NCBI RefSeq assembly: GCF_009914755.1
Contig: NC_060948.1
DNA length: 64,000 nucleotides
Strand: one strand, 5' to 3'
Origin: the human T2T-CHM13v2.0 reference genome, Homo sapiens
Position 1 is the first letter of the stretch. Each line of letters opens with the position of its first letter. The notes beneath the pieces are model-generated. The model made no database searches and was not told the DNA's origin. It was given only the letters and a program-made list of their open reading frames with translations. The position numbers and the translations under genes are program-made. Shown piece after piece: positions 1-22,306 of this stretch.

Positions 1-219
1 TATGATACAGTACCATTGTTATATATCATAATACATATAAATGTGTATTATGTTATCTATAATTATATAATTTCATATATAAGATGTATAATATGTATCA
101 TATATTACATATGTTATGTAATATATATAGTATATATAAGATGACACAGGATAAATATTATATACTATGACATATAAAATATATGAGGTTATATGTTACA
201 TATAAGGCATAGCACATAA

Positions 220-534
<315 letters not shown>

Positions 535-1110
535 AGATCCATATTTTTTAAATGAAAAAAAATTTCAAAGGTACTCTGCTTGGTACAATAATCAAATGTA
601 TAAACTGAGGAATAAAACATAACCATGAAACCTACTTATAACTGCATATGGAAAATACAGAGGATAATTTTTTAAATAACATATTTTGAAAGCCTTAACT
701 AGTAATTTGAAGAGTTGGCATTTGAAAGGCCAGTATGAATATACCTTCAAAGCAGCAACACAGGTTCCCCATGAGAAAAAGCAAACACAGGGAAAATAAA
801 AACACAAAGGTTCAATCTCTTCTGACCTTTGAAAGACACAGCACAGACAGTGGTCCTTAGGACGAAGAGCAGGAGACCCCTAATTCCGTCACCATGGCGA
901 TAGGGCATAAACATTGCTGGGTGAGGGCACAATCCACATTGTGAGGTCCAACTGCTGCCAGGAAGACAGGAGTGCTTTTACATAGACCGAAAGGTCATTG
1001 AAGGCTCAGAGTTTTGTTTCAAGAACTGAATCCCAAGCCCACACGTTATTAGGCTGCGCTTCTTAAAACAAGTTATGAGATGGGAAAAAGGGCACCCACA
1101 AACATACGTA
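535..1110. repeat. HSATI-type segment of the DYZ2 unit (representative; repeated in every unit)
   Basis: A ~570 bp non-Alu, moderate-GC segment between the Alu and the AT-rich region. Position and size fit the known HSATI component. The name comes from context, not alignment, and boundaries are approximate. Confidence 0.7.
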
Positions 1111-2953
<1,843 letters not shown>

Positions 2954-5057
2954 AGATCCATATTTTTTAAATGAAAAAAAATTTCAAAGGTACTCTGCTT
3001 GGTACAATAATCAAATGTATAAACTGAGGAATAAAACATAACCATGAAACCTACTTATAACTGCATATGGAAAATACAGAGGATAATTTTTTAAATAACA
3101 TATTTTGAAAGCCTTAACTAGTAATTTGAAGAGTTGGCATTTGAAAGGCCAGTATGAATATACCTTCAAAGCAGCAACACAGGTTCCCCATGAGAAAAAG
3201 CAAACACAGGGAAAATAAAAACACAAAGGTTCAATCTCTTCTGACCTTTGAAAGACACAGCACAGACAGTGGTCCTTAGGACGAAGAGCAGGAGACCCCT
3301 AATTCCGTCACCATGGCGATAGGGCATAAACATTGCTGGGTGAGGGCACAATCCACATTTTGAGGTCCAACTGCTGCCAGGAAGACAGGAGTGCTTTTAC
3401 ATAGACCGAAAGGTCATTGAAGGCTCAGAGTTTTGTTTCAAGAACTGAATCCCAAGCCCACACGTTATTAGGCTGCGCTTCTTAAAACAAGTTATGAGAT
3501 GGGAAAAAGGGCACCCACAAACATACGTATACATTATGTATATAATAATATACAGTATCATATATATAATATATATAACCTATGTATAATATTGTTTTAC
3601 ATCCTGCATCTTATGTTATATATATTGTATAAAATATAATAATTGATAATATATAAGTTTTATAATTATACAATATGACATATAGTATATATTATAATTT
3701 ATGACATATATAATATATGTTATATGTCATATATAGAATATATTATACGGTTAACATACGTATTAAATATAAATTATACATTATATATATTATATATAAT
3801 ATATCTGTTATATGTAATACCCATTATGCATAATATATATATTATGTCTATGTTATATATAGTATAAAACAACATATAATAATATATAATTGTATATATA
3901 AAATGCGATATATAATATATATTATATTTTATAACATATGTAATATATATTATATATTATATATAATACGTTGTATGTATAATACCTATATTAAATATAT
4001 ATTATATGACTATGTTATTAATTACATGTCACATGTGTTATATATTATATATTTTACATAGAATATACTGGTTACATACAATATATACTATGTTACCTAT
4101 AATGTATAATTGATTACATGTAAAATAAAGAATGCAATATATTATGTAAAATTTATAATATACCATATGTGGAATGTCATATATATAACATATAATATAT
4201 GATATATGATATACAGTATATGATATATAACATACAATATATGATTCCTAATATATATGGTATACAATATATATTTTATGATATGTATTCTATATGTTTT
4301 ATATTCTGTTATATATAACTATTTGAAATTATATATAACTGTATAATATTTTATGTAAATATGTAATATAATATATATAATATATAATATATTATATATA
4401 ACTATATATTATGTTATATATACTTTTATAACATAATTTACATAAAATATCATAATATAATATATATTATATTATTTCATATTACATAATATATATTACA
4501 TATCACCCAATATAACTAACATACATAATATTATAATATAGATTATATTATGTTATATTAAATATCATATATATCATGTATCATATATTCTATAATATAT
4601 ATTACACATTATATAATATGTATGTTGTCTATTATGTGATATATATAACTATATATATAATTATATTTTTATACATATAACTAGATAAACATGTAATTCT
4701 ACATATTTTCATTTATAATATGTAGAATTATATAATCATATATAATTATTTATATTCTATAAAAAATTTTATCATTATATAAATTATAATATATAAAAAT
4801 TATAATATGTACTACAAATATATATATTATATATCATATATGATATAGTACCTTTGTTATATATCATAATACATATAAATGTGTATTATGTTATCTATAA
4901 TTATATAATTTCATATATAAGATGTATAATATGTATCATATATTACATATGTTATGTAATATATATAGTATATATAAGATGACACAGGATAAATATTATA
5001 TACTATGACATATAAAATATATGAGGTTATATGTTACATATAAGGCATAGCACATAA

Positions 5058-5372
<315 letters not shown>

Positions 5373-7476
5373 AGATCCATATTTTTTAAATGAAAAAAAA
5401 TTTCAAAGGTACTCTGCTTGGTACAATAATCAAATGTATAAACTGAGGAATAAAACATAACCATGAAACCTACTTATAACTGCATATGGAAAATACAGAG
5501 GATAATTTTTTAAATAACATATTTTGAAAGCCTTAACTAGTAATTTGAAGAGTTGGCATTTGAAAGGCCAGTATGAATATACCTACAAAGCAGCAACACA
5601 GGTTCCCCATGAGAAAAAGCAAACACAGGGAAAATAAAAACACAAAGGTTCAATCTCTTCTGACCTTTGAAAGACACAGCACAGACAGTGGTCCTTAGGA
5701 CGAAGAGCAGGAGACCCCTAATTCCGTCACCATGGCGATAGGGCATAAACATTGCTGGGTGAGGGCACAATCCACATTGTGAGGTCCAACTGCTGCCAGG
5801 AAGACAGGAGTGCTTTTACATAGACCGAAAGGTCATTGAAGGCTCAGAGTTTTGTTTCAAGAACTGAATCCCAAGCCCACACGTTATTAGGCTGCGCTTC
5901 TTAAAACAAGTTATGAGATGGGAAAAAGGGCACCCACAAACATACGTATACATTATGTATATAATAATATACAGTATCATATATATAATATATATAACCT
6001 ATGTATAATATTGTTTTACATCCTGCATCTTATGTTATATATATTGTATAAAATATAATAATTGATAATATATAAGTTTTATATTTATACAATATGACAT
6101 ATAATATATATTATAATTTATGACATATATAATATATGTTATATATCATATATAGAATATATTATACGGTTAATATACGTATTAAATATAAATTATACAT
6201 TATGTATATTATATATAATATATCTGTTATATATAATAACCATTATGCATAATATATATATTATGTCTATGTTATATATAGTATAAAACAACATATAATA
6301 ATATATAATTGTCTATGTAAAATGCGACATATAATATATATTATATTTTATAACATATGTAATATATATTATACATTATATATAATACGTTGTATGAATA
6401 ATACCTATATTAAATATATATTATATGACTATGTTATTAATTACATGTCACATGTGTTATATATTATATATTTTACATAGAATATACTGGTTACATACAA
6501 TATATACTATGTTACCTATAATGTATAATTGATTACATGTAAAATAAAGAATGCAATATATTATGTAAAATTTATAATATACCATATGTGGAATGTCATA
6601 TATATAACATATAATATATGATATATGATATACAGTATATGATATATAACATACAATATATGATTCCTAATATATATGGTATACAATATATATTTTATGA
6701 TATGTATTCTATATGTTTTATATTCTGTTATATATAACTATTTGAAATTATATATAACTGTATAATATTTTATGTAAATATGTAATATAATATATATAAT
6801 ATATAATATATTATATATAACTATATATTATGTTATATATACTTTTATAACATAATTTACATAAAATATCATAATATAATATATATTATATTATTTCATA
6901 TTACATAATATATATTACATATCACCCAATATAACTAACATACATAATATTATAATATAGATTATATTATGTTATATTAAATATCATATATATCATGTAT
7001 CATATATTCTATAATATATATTACACATTATATAATATGTATGTTGTCTATTATGTGATATATATAACTATATATATAATTATATTTTTATACATATAAC
7101 TAGATAAACATGTAATTCTACATATTTTCATTTATAATATGTAGAATTATATAATCATATATAATTATTTATATTCTATAAAAAATTTTATCATTATATA
7201 AATTATAATATATAAAAATTATAATATGTACTACAAATATATATATTATATATCATATATGATATAGTACCTTTGTTATATATCATAATACATATAAATG
7301 TGTATTATGTTATCTATAATTATATAATTTCATATATAAGATGTATAATATGTATCATATATTACATATGTTATGTAATATATATAGTATATATAAGATG
7401 ACACAGGATAAATATTATATACTATGACATATAAAATATATGAGGTTATATGTTACATATAAGGCATAGCACATAA

Positions 7477-7791
<315 letters not shown>

Positions 7792-9895
7792 AGATCCATA
7801 TTTTTTAAATGAAAAAAAATTTCAAAGGTACTCTGCTTGGTACAATAATCAAATGTATAAACTGAGGAATAAAACATAACCATGAAACCTACTTATAACT
7901 GCATATGGAAAATACAGAGGATAATTTTTTAAATAACATATTTTGAAAGCCTTAACTAGTAATTTGAAGAGTTGGCATTTGAAAGGCCAGTATGAATATA
8001 CCTTCAAAGCAGCAACACAGGTTCCCCATGAGAAAAAGCAAACACAGGGAAAATAAAAACACAAAGGTTCAATCTCTTCTGACCTTTGAAAGACACAGCA
8101 CAGACAGTGGTCCTTAGGACGAAGAGCAGGAGACCCCTAATTCCGTCACCATGGCGATAGGGCATAAACATTGCTGGGTGAGGGCACAATCCACATTGTG
8201 AGGTCCAACTGCTGCCAGGAAGACAGGAGTGCTTTTACATAGACCGAAAGGTCATTGAAGGCTCAGAGTTTTGTTTCAAGAACTGAATCCCAAGCCCACA
8301 CGTTATTAGGCTGCGCTTCTTAAAACAAGTTATGAGATGGGAAAAAGGGCACCCACAAACATACGTATACATTATGTATATAATAATATACAGTATCATA
8401 TATATAATATATATAACCTATGTATAATATTGTTTTACATCCTGCATCTTATGTTATATATATTGTATAAAATATAATAATTGATAATATATAAGTTTAA
8501 TAATTATACAATATGACATATAGTATATATTATAATTTATGACATATATAATATATGTTATATGTCATATATAGAATATATTATACGGTTAACATACGTA
8601 TTAAATATAAATTATACATTATATATATTATATATAATATATCTGTTATATGTAATACCCATTATGCATAATATATATATTATGTCTATGTTATATATAG
8701 TATAAAACAACATATAATAATATATAATTGTATATATAAAATGCGATATATAATATATATTATATTTTATAACATATGTAATATATATTATATATTATAT
8801 ATAATACGTTGTATGTATAATACCTATATTAAATATATATTATATGACTATGTTATTAATTACATGTCACATGTGTTATATATTATATATTTTACATAGA
8901 ATATACTGGTTACATACAATATATACTATGTTACCTATAATGTATAATTGATTACATGTAAAATAAAGAATGCAATATATTATGTAAAATTTATAATATA
9001 CCATATGTGGAATGTCATATATATAACATATAATATATGATATATGATATACAGTATATGATATATAACATACAATATATGATTCCTAATATATATGGTA
9101 TACAATATATATTTTATGATATGAATTCTATATGTTTTATATTCTGTTATATATAACTATTTGAAATTATATATAACTGTATAATATTTTATGTAAATAT
9201 GTAATATAATATATATAATATATAATATATTATATATAACTATATATTATGTTATATATACTTTTATAACATAATTTACATAAAATATCATAATATAATA
9301 TATATTATATTATTTCATATTACATAATATATATTACATATCACCCAATATAACTAACATACATAATATTATAATATAGATTATATTATGTTATATTAAA
9401 TATCATATATATCATGTATCATATATTCTATAATATATATTACACATTATATAATATGTATGTTGTCTATTATGTGATATATATAACTATATATATAATT
9501 ATATTTTTATACATATAACTAGATAAACATGTAATTCTACATATTTTCATTTATAATATGTAGAATTATATAATCATATATAATTATTTATATTCTATAA
9601 AAAATTTTATCATTATATAAATTATAATATATAAAAATTATAATATGTACTACAAATATATATATTATATATCATATATGATATAGTACCTTTGTTATAT
9701 ATCATAATACATATAAATGTGTATTATGTTATCTATAATTATATAATTTCATATATAAGATGTATAATATGTATCATATATTACATATGTTATGTAATAT
9801 ATATAGTATATATAAGATGACACAGGATAAATATTATATACTATGACATATAAAATATATGAGGTTATATGTTACATATAAGGCATAGCACATAA

Positions 9896-10210
<315 letters not shown>

Positions 10211-12314
10211 AGATCCATATTTTTTAAATGAAAAAAAATTTCAAAGGTACTCTGCTTGGTACAATAATCAAATGTATAAACTGAGGAATAAAACATAACC
10301 ATGAAACCTACTTATAACTGCATATGGAAAATACAGAGGATAATTTTTTAAATAACATATTTTGAAAGCCTTAACTAGTAATTTGAAGAGTTGGCATTTG
10401 AAAGGCCAGTATGAATATACCTTCAAAGCAGCAACACAGGTTCCCCATGAGAAAAAGCAAACACAGGGAAAATAAAAACACAAAGGTTCAATCTCTTCTG
10501 ACCTTTGAAAGACACAGCACAGACAGTGGTCCTTAGGACGAAGAGCAGGAGACCCCTAATTCCGTCACCATGGCGATAGGGCATAAACATTGCTGGGTGA
10601 GGGCACAATCCACATTGTGAGGTCCAACTGCTGCCAGGAAGACAGGAGTGCTTTTACATAGACCGAAAGGTCATTGAAGGCTCAGAGTTTTGTTTCAAGA
10701 ACTGAATCCCAAGCCCACACGTTATTAGGCTGCGCTTCTTAAAACAAGTTATGAGATGGGAAAAAGGGCACCCACAAACATACGTATACATTATGTATAT
10801 AATAATATACAGTATCATATATATAATATATATAACCTATGTATAATATTGTTTTACATCCTGCATCTTATGTTATATATATTGTATAAAATATAATAAT
10901 TGATAATATATAAGTTTTATATTTATACAATATGACATATAATATATATTATAATTTATGACATATATAATATATGTTATATATCATATATAGAATATAT
11001 TATACGGTTAATATACGTATTAAATATAAATTATACATTATGTATATTATATATAATATATCTGTTATATATAATAACCATTATGCATAATATATATATT
11101 ATGTCTATGTTATATATAGTATAAAACAACATATAATAATATATAATTGTCTATGTAAAATGCGACATATAATATATATTATATTTTATAACATATGTAA
11201 TATATATTATACATTATATATAATACGTTGTATGAATAATACCTATATTAAATATATATTATATGACTATGTTATTAATTACATGTCACATGTGTTATAT
11301 ATTATATATTTTACATAGAATATACCGGTTGCATACAATATATACTATGTTACCTATAATGTATAATTTATTACATGTAAAATAAAGAATGCAATATATT
11401 ATGTATAATTTATAATATACAATATGTGGAATGTGATATATATAACATATAATATATGATATATGATATACAGTATATGATATATAACATACAATATATG
11501 ATTCCTAATATATATGGTATACAATATATATTTTATGATATGTATTCTATACGTTTTATATTCTGTTATATATAACTATTTGAAATTATATATAACTGTA
11601 TAATATTTTATGTAAATATGTAATATAATATATATAACTATATAATATATTATATATAACTATATATTATGTTATATATACTTTTATAACATAATTTACA
11701 TAAAATATCATAATATAATATATATTATATTATTTCATATTACATAATATATATTACATATCACCAATATAACTAACATACATAATATTATAATATAGAT
11801 TATATTGTGTTATATTAAATATCATATATATCATGTATCATATATTCTATAATATATAATACACATTATATAATATGTATGTTGTCTATTATGTGATATA
11901 TATAACTATATATATAATTATATTTTTATACATATAACTAGATAAACATGTAATTCTACATATTTTCATTTATAATATGTAGAATTATATAATCATATAT
12001 AATTATTTATATTCTATAAAAAATTTTATCATTATATAAATTATAATATATAAAAATTATAATATGTACTACAAATATATATATTATATATCATATATGC
12101 TATAGTTCCTTTGTTATATATCATAATACATATAAATGTGTATTATGTTATCTATAATTATATAATTTCATATATAAGTTGTATAATATGTATCATATAT
12201 TATATATGTTATGTAATATATATAGTATATATAAGATGACACAGGATAAATATTATATACTATGACATATAAAATATATGAGGTTATATGTTACATATAA
12301 GGCATAGCACATAA

Positions 12315-12629
<315 letters not shown>

Positions 12630-14733
12630 AGATCCATATTTTTTAAATGAAAAAAAATTTCAAAGGTACTCTGCTTGGTACAATAATCAAATGTATAAAC
12701 TGAGGAATAAAACATAACCATGAAACCTACTTATAACTGCATATGGAAAATACAGAGGATAATTTTTTAAATAACATATTTTGAAAGCCTTAACTAGTAA
12801 TTTGAAGAGTTGGCATTTGAAAGGCCAATATGAATATACCTTCAAAGCAGCAACACAGGTTCCCCATGAGAAAAAGCAAACACAGGGAAAATAAAAACAC
12901 AAAGGTTCAATCTCTTCTGACCTTTGAAAGACACAGCACAGACAGTGGTCCTTAGGACGAAGAGCAGGAGACCCCTAATTCCGTCACCATGGCGATAGGG
13001 CATAAACATTGCTGGGTGAGGGCACAATCCACATTGTGAGGTCCAACTGCTGCCAGGAAGACAGGAGTGCTTTTACATAGACCGAAAGGTCATTGAAGGC
13101 TCAGAGTTTTGTTTCAAGAACTGAATCCCAAGCCCACACGTTATTAGGCTGCGCTTCTTAAAACAAGTTATGAGATGGGAAAAAGGGCACCCACAAACTT
13201 ACGTATACATTATGTATATAATAATATACAGTATCATATATATAATATATATAACCTATGTATAATATTGTTTTACATCCTGCATCTTATGTTATATATA
13301 TTGTATAAAATATAATAATTGATAATATATAAGTTTTATAATTATACAATATGACATATAGTATATATTATAATTTATGACATATATAATATATGTTATA
13401 TGTCATATATAGAATATATTATACGGTTAACATACGTATTAAATATAAATTATACATTATATATATTATATATAATATATCTTTTATATGTAATACCCAT
13501 TATGCATAATATATATATTATGTCTATGTTATATATAGTATAAAACAACATATAATAATATATAATTGTATATATAAAATGCGATATATAATATATATTA
13601 TATTTTATAACATATGTAATATATATTATATATTATATATAATACGTTGTATGTATAATACCTATATTAAATATATATTATATGACTATGTTATTAATTA
13701 CATGTCACATGTGTTATATATTATATATTTTACATAGAATATACTGGTTACATACAATATATACTATGTTACCTATAATGTATAATTTATTACATGTAAA
13801 ATAAAGAATGCAATATATTATGTAAAATTTATAATATACCATATGTGGAATGTCATATATATAACATATAATATATGATATATGATATACAGTATATGAT
13901 ATATAACATACAATATATGATTCCTAATATATATGGTATACAATATATATTTTATGATATGTATTCTATATGTTTTATATTCTGTTATATATAACTATTT
14001 GAAATTATATATAACTGTATAATATTTTATGTAAATATGTAATATAATATATATAATATATAATATATTATATATAACTATATATTATGTTATATATACT
14101 TTTATAACATAATTTACATAAAATATCATAATATAATATATATTATATTATTTCATATTACATAATATATATTACATATCACCCAATATAACTAACATAC
14201 CTAATATTATAATATAGATTATATTATGTTATATTAAATATCATATATATCATGTATCATATATTCTATAATATATATTACACATTATATAATATGTATG
14301 TTGTCTATTATGTGATATATATAACTATATATATAATTATATTTTTATACATATAACTAGATAAACATGTAATTCTACATATTTTCATTTATAATATGTA
14401 GAATTATATAATCATATATAATTATTTATATTCTATAAAAAATTTTATCATTATATAAATTATAATATATAAAAATTATAATATGTACTACAAATATATA
14501 TATTATATATCATATATGATATACTACCTTTGTTATATATCATAATACATATAAATGTGTATTATATTATCTATAATTATATAATTTCATATATAAGATG
14601 TATAATATGTATCATATATTATATATGTTATGTAATATATATAGTATATATAAGATGACACAGGATAAATATTATATACTATGACATATAAAATATATGA
14701 GGTTATATGTTACATATAAGGCATAGCACATAA

Positions 14734-15048
<315 letters not shown>

Positions 15049-17153
15049 AGATCCATATTTTTTAAATGAAAAAAAATTTCAAAGGTACTCTGCTTGGTAC
15101 AATAATCAAATGTATAAACTGAGGAATAAAACATAACCATGAAACCTACTTATAACTGCATATGGAAAATACAGAGGATAATTTTTTAAATAACATATTT
15201 TGAAAGCCTTAACTAGTAATTTGAAGAGTTGGCATTTGAAAGGCCAGTATGAATATACCTTCAAAGCAGCAACACAGGTTCCCCATGAGAAAAAGCAAAC
15301 ACAGGGAAAATAAAAACACAAAGGTTCAATCTCTTCTGACCTTTGAAAGACACAGCACAGACAGTGGTCCTTAGGACGAAGAGCAGGAGACCCCTAATTC
15401 CGTCACCATGGCGATAGGGCATAAACATTGCTGGGTGAGGGCACAATCCACATTGTGAGGTCCAACTGCTGCCAGGAAGACAGGAGTGCTTTTACATAGA
15501 CCGAAAGGTCATTGAAGGCTCAGAGTTTTGTTTCAAGAACTGAATCCCAAGCCCACACGTTATTAGGCTGCGCTTCTTAAAACAAGTTATGAGATGGGAA
15601 AAAGGGCACCCACAAACATACGTATACATTATGTATATAATAATATACAGTATCATATATATAATATATATAACCTATGTATAATATTGTTTTACATCCT
15701 GCATCTTATGTTATATATATTGTATAAAATATAATAATTGATAATATATAAGTTTTATAATTATACAATATGACATATAGTATATATTATAATTTATGGC
15801 ATATATAATATATGTTATATATCATATATAGAATATATTATACGGTTAATATACGTATTAAATATAAATTATACATTATATATATTATATATAATATATC
15901 TCTTATATATAATACCCATTATGCATAATATATATATTATGTCTATGTTATATATAGTATAAAACAACATATAATAATATATAATTGTATATATACAATG
16001 CGACATATAATATATATTATATTTTATAACATATGTAATATATATTATATATTATATATAATACGTTGTATGTATAATACCTATATTAAATATATATTAT
16101 ATGACTATGTTATTAATTACATGTCACATGTGTTATATATTATATATTTTACATAGAATATACCGGTTACATACAATATATACTATGTTACCTATAATGT
16201 ATAATTTATTACATGTAAAATAAAGAATGCAATATATTATGTATAATTTATAATATACAATATGTGGAATGTGATATATATAACATATAATATATGATAT
16301 ATGATATACAGTATATGATATATAACATACAATATATGATTCCTAATATATATGGTATACAATATATATTTTATGATATGTATTCTATATGTTTTATATT
16401 CTGTTATATATAACTATTTGAAATTATATATAACTGTATAATATTTTATGTAAATATGTAATATAATATATATAACTATATAATATGTTATATATAACTA
16501 TATATTATGTTATATATACTTTTATAACATAATTTACATAAAATATCATAATATAATATATATTATATTATTTAATATTACATTATATATATTACATATC
16601 ACCCAATATAACTAACATACATAATATTATAATATAGATTATATTGTGTTATATTAAATATCATATATATCATGTATCATATATTCTATAATATATATTA
16701 CACATTATATAATATGTATGTAGTCTATTATGTGATATATATAACTATATATATAATTATATTTTTATACATATAACTAGATAAACATGTAATTCTACAT
16801 CTTTTCATTTATAATATGTAGAATTATATAATCATATATAATTATTTATATTCTATAAAAAATTTTATCATTATATAAATTATAATATATAAAAATTATA
16901 ATATGTACTACACATATATATATTATATATCATATATGATATAGTACCATTGTTATATATCATAATACATATAAATGTGTATTATGTTATCTATAATTAT
17001 ATAATTTCATATATAAGATGTATAATATGTATCATATATTATATATGTTATGTAATATATATAGTATATATAAGATGACACAGGATAAATATTATATACT
17101 ATGACATATAAAATATATGAGGTTATATGTTACATATAAGGCATAGCACATAA

Positions 17154-17468
<315 letters not shown>

Positions 17469-19572
17469 AGATCCATATTTTTTAAATGAAAAAAAATTTC
17501 AAAGGTACTCTGCTTGGTACAATAATCAAATGTATAAACTGAGGAATAAAACATAACCATGAAACCTACTTATAACTGCATATGGAAAATACAGAGGATA
17601 ATTTTTTAAATAACATATTTTGAAAGCCTTAACTAGTAATTTGAAGAGTTGGCATTTGAAAGGCCAGTATGAATATACCTTCAAAGCAGCAACACAGGTT
17701 CCCCATGAGAAAAAGCAAACACAGGGAAAATAAAAACACAAAGGTTCAATCTCTTCTGACCTTTGAAAGACACAGCACAGACAGTGGTCCTTAGGACGAA
17801 GAGCAGGAGACCCCTAATTCCGTCACCATGGCGATAGGGCATAAACATTGCTGGGTGAGGGCACAATCCACATTGTGAGGTCCAACTGCTGCCAGGAAGA
17901 CAGGAGTGCTTTTACATAGACCGAAAGGTCATTGAAGGCTCAGAGTTTTGTTTCAAGAACTGAATCCCAAGCCCACACGTGATTAGGCTGCGCTTCTTAA
18001 AACAAGTTATGAGATGGGAAAAAGGGCACCCACAAACATACGTATACATTATGTATATAATAATATACAGTATCATATATATAATATATATAACCTATGT
18101 ATAATATTGTTTTACATCCTGCATCTTATGTTATATATATTGTATAAAATATAATAATTGATAATATATAAGATTTATAATTATACAATATGACATATAG
18201 TATATATTATAATTTATGGCATATATAATATATGTTATATATCATATATAGAATATATTATACGGTTAATATACGTATTAAATATAAATTATACATTATA
18301 TATATTATATATAATATATCTGTTATATATAATACCCATTATGCATAATATATATATTATGTCTATGTTATATATAGTATAAAACAACATATAATAATAT
18401 ATAATTGTATATATAAAATGCGACATATAATATATATTATATTTTATAACATATGTAATATATATTATATATTATATATAATACGTTGTATGTATAATAC
18501 CTATATTAAATATATATTATATGACTATGTTATTAATTACATGTCACATGTGTTATATATTATATATTTTACGTAGAATATACCGGTTACATACAATATA
18601 TACTATGTTACCTATAATGTATAATTTATTACATGTAAAATAAAGAATGCAATATATTATGTATAATTTATAATATACAATATGTGGAATGTGATATATA
18701 TAACATATAATATATGATATATGATATACAGTATATGATATATAACATACAATATATGATTCCTAATATATATGGTATACAATATATATTTTATGATATG
18801 TATTCTATATGTTTTATATTCTGTTATATATAACTATTTGAAATTATATATAACTGTATAATATTTTATGTAAATATGTAATATAATATATATAATATAT
18901 AATATGTTATATATAACTATATATTATGTTATATATACTTTTATAACATAATTTACATAAAATATCATAATATAATATATATTATATTATTTCATATTAC
19001 ATAATATATATTACATATCACCCAATATAACTAACATACATAATATTATAATATAGATTATATTGTGTTATATTAAATATCATATATATCATGTATCATA
19101 TATTCTATAATATATATTACACATTATATAATATGTATGTTGTCTATTATGTGATATATATAACTATATATATAATTATATTTTTATACATATAACTAGA
19201 TAAACATGTAATTCTACATATTTTCATTTATAATATGTAGAATTATATAACCATATATAATTATTTATATTCTATAAAAAATTTTATCATTATATAAATT
19301 ATAATATATAAAAATTATAATATGTACTACAAATATATATATTATATATCATATATGATATACTACCTTTGTTATATATCATAATACATATAAATGTGTA
19401 TTATGTTATCTATAATTATATAATTTCATATATAAGATGTATAATATGTATCATATATTACATATGTTATGTAATATATATAGTATATATAAGATGACAC
19501 AGGATAAATATTATATACTATGACATATAAAATATATGAGGTTATATGTTACATATAAGGCATAGCACATAA

Positions 19573-19887
<315 letters not shown>

Positions 19888-21991
19888 AGATCCATATTTT
19901 TTAAATGAAAAAAAATTTCAAAGGTACTCTGCTTGGTACAATAATCAAATGTATAAACTGAGGAATAAAACATAACCATGAAACCTACTTATAACTGCAT
20001 ATGGAAAATACAGAGGATAATTTTTTAAATAACATATTTTGAAAGCCTTAACTAGTAATTTGAAGAGTTGGCATTTGAAAGGCCAGTATGAATATACCTT
20101 CAAAGCAGCAACACAGGTTCCCCATGAGAAAAAGCAAACACAGGGAAAATAAAAACACAAAGGTTCAATCTCTTCTGACCTTTGAAAGACACAGCACAGA
20201 CAGTGGTCCTTAGGACGAAGAGCAGGAGACCCCTAATTCTGTCACCATGGCGATAGGGCATAAACATTGCTGGGTGAGGGCACAATCCACATTGTGAGGT
20301 CCAACTGCTGCCAGGAAGACAGGAGTGCTTTTACATAGACCGAAAGGTCATTGAAGGCTCAGAGTTTTGTTTCAAGAACTGAATCCCAAGCCCACACGTT
20401 ATTAGGCTGCGCTTCTTAAAACAAGTTATGAGATGGGAAAAAGGGCACCCACAAACATACGTATACATTATGTATATAATAATATACAGTATCATATATA
20501 TAATATATATAACCTATGTATAATATTGTTTTACATCCTGCATCTTATGTTATATATATTGTATAAAATATAATAATTGATAATATATAAGTTTTATATT
20601 TATACAATATGACATATAATATATATTATAATTTATGACATATATAATATATGTTATATATCATATATAGAATATATTATACGGTTAATATACGTATTAA
20701 ATATAAATTATACATTATGTATATTATATATAATATATCTGTTATATATAATAACCATTATGCATAATATATATATTATGTCTATGTTATATATAGTATA
20801 AAACAACATATAATAATATATAATTGTCTATGTAAAATGCGACATATAATATATATTATATTTTATAACATATGTAATATATATTATACATTATATATAA
20901 TACGTTGTATGAATAATACCTATATTAAATATATATTATATGACTATGTTATTAATTACATGTCACATGTGTTATATATTATATATTTTACATAGAATAT
21001 ACCGGTTGCATACAATATATACTATGTTACCTATAATGTATAATTTATTACATGTAAAATAAAGAATGCAATATATTATGTATAATTTATAATATACAAT
21101 ATGTGGAATGTGATATATATAACATATAATATATGATATATGATATACAGTATATGATATATAACATACAATATATGATTCCTAATATATATGGTATACA
21201 ATATATATTTTATGATATGTATTCTATACGTTTTATATTCTGTTATATATAACTATTTGAAATTATATATAACTGTATAATATTTTATGTAAATATGTAA
21301 TATAATATATATAACTATATAATATATTATATATAACTATATATTATGTTATATATACTTTTATAACATAATTTACATAAAATATCATAATATAATATAT
21401 ATTATATTATTTCATATTACATAATATATATTACATATCACCAATATAACTAACATACATAATATTATAATATAGATTATATTGTGTTATATTAAATATC
21501 ATATATATCATGTATCATATATTCTATAATATATAATACACATTATATAATATGTATGTTGTCTATTATGTGATATATATAACTATATATATAATTATAT
21601 TTTTATACATATAACTAGATAAACATGTAATTCTACATATTTTCATTTATAATATGTAGAATTATATAATCATATATAATTATTTATATTCTATAAAAAA
21701 TTTTATCATTATATAAATTATAATATATAAAAATTATAATATGTACTACAAATATATATATTATATATCATATATGCTATAGTTCCTTTGTTATATATCA
21801 TAATACATATAAATGTGTATTATGTTATCTATAATTATATAATTTCATATATAAGTTGTATAATATGTATCATATATTATATATGTTATGTAATATATAT
21901 AGTATATATAAGATGACACAGGATAAATATTATATACTATGACATATAAAATATATGAGGTTATATGTTACATATAAGGCATAGCACATAA

Positions 21992-22306
<315 letters not shown>

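Noticed and set aside
592-932. Recurrent 71-aa and 61-aa minus-strand ORFs in every unit
   Set aside because: They are short, overlapping and have no recognisable domain. The 71-aa frame begins at TTG (it reads L in the longer unit-25 ORF) and is broken in unit 3. Recurrence only reflects the tandem repeat, and many visible variants change amino acids.
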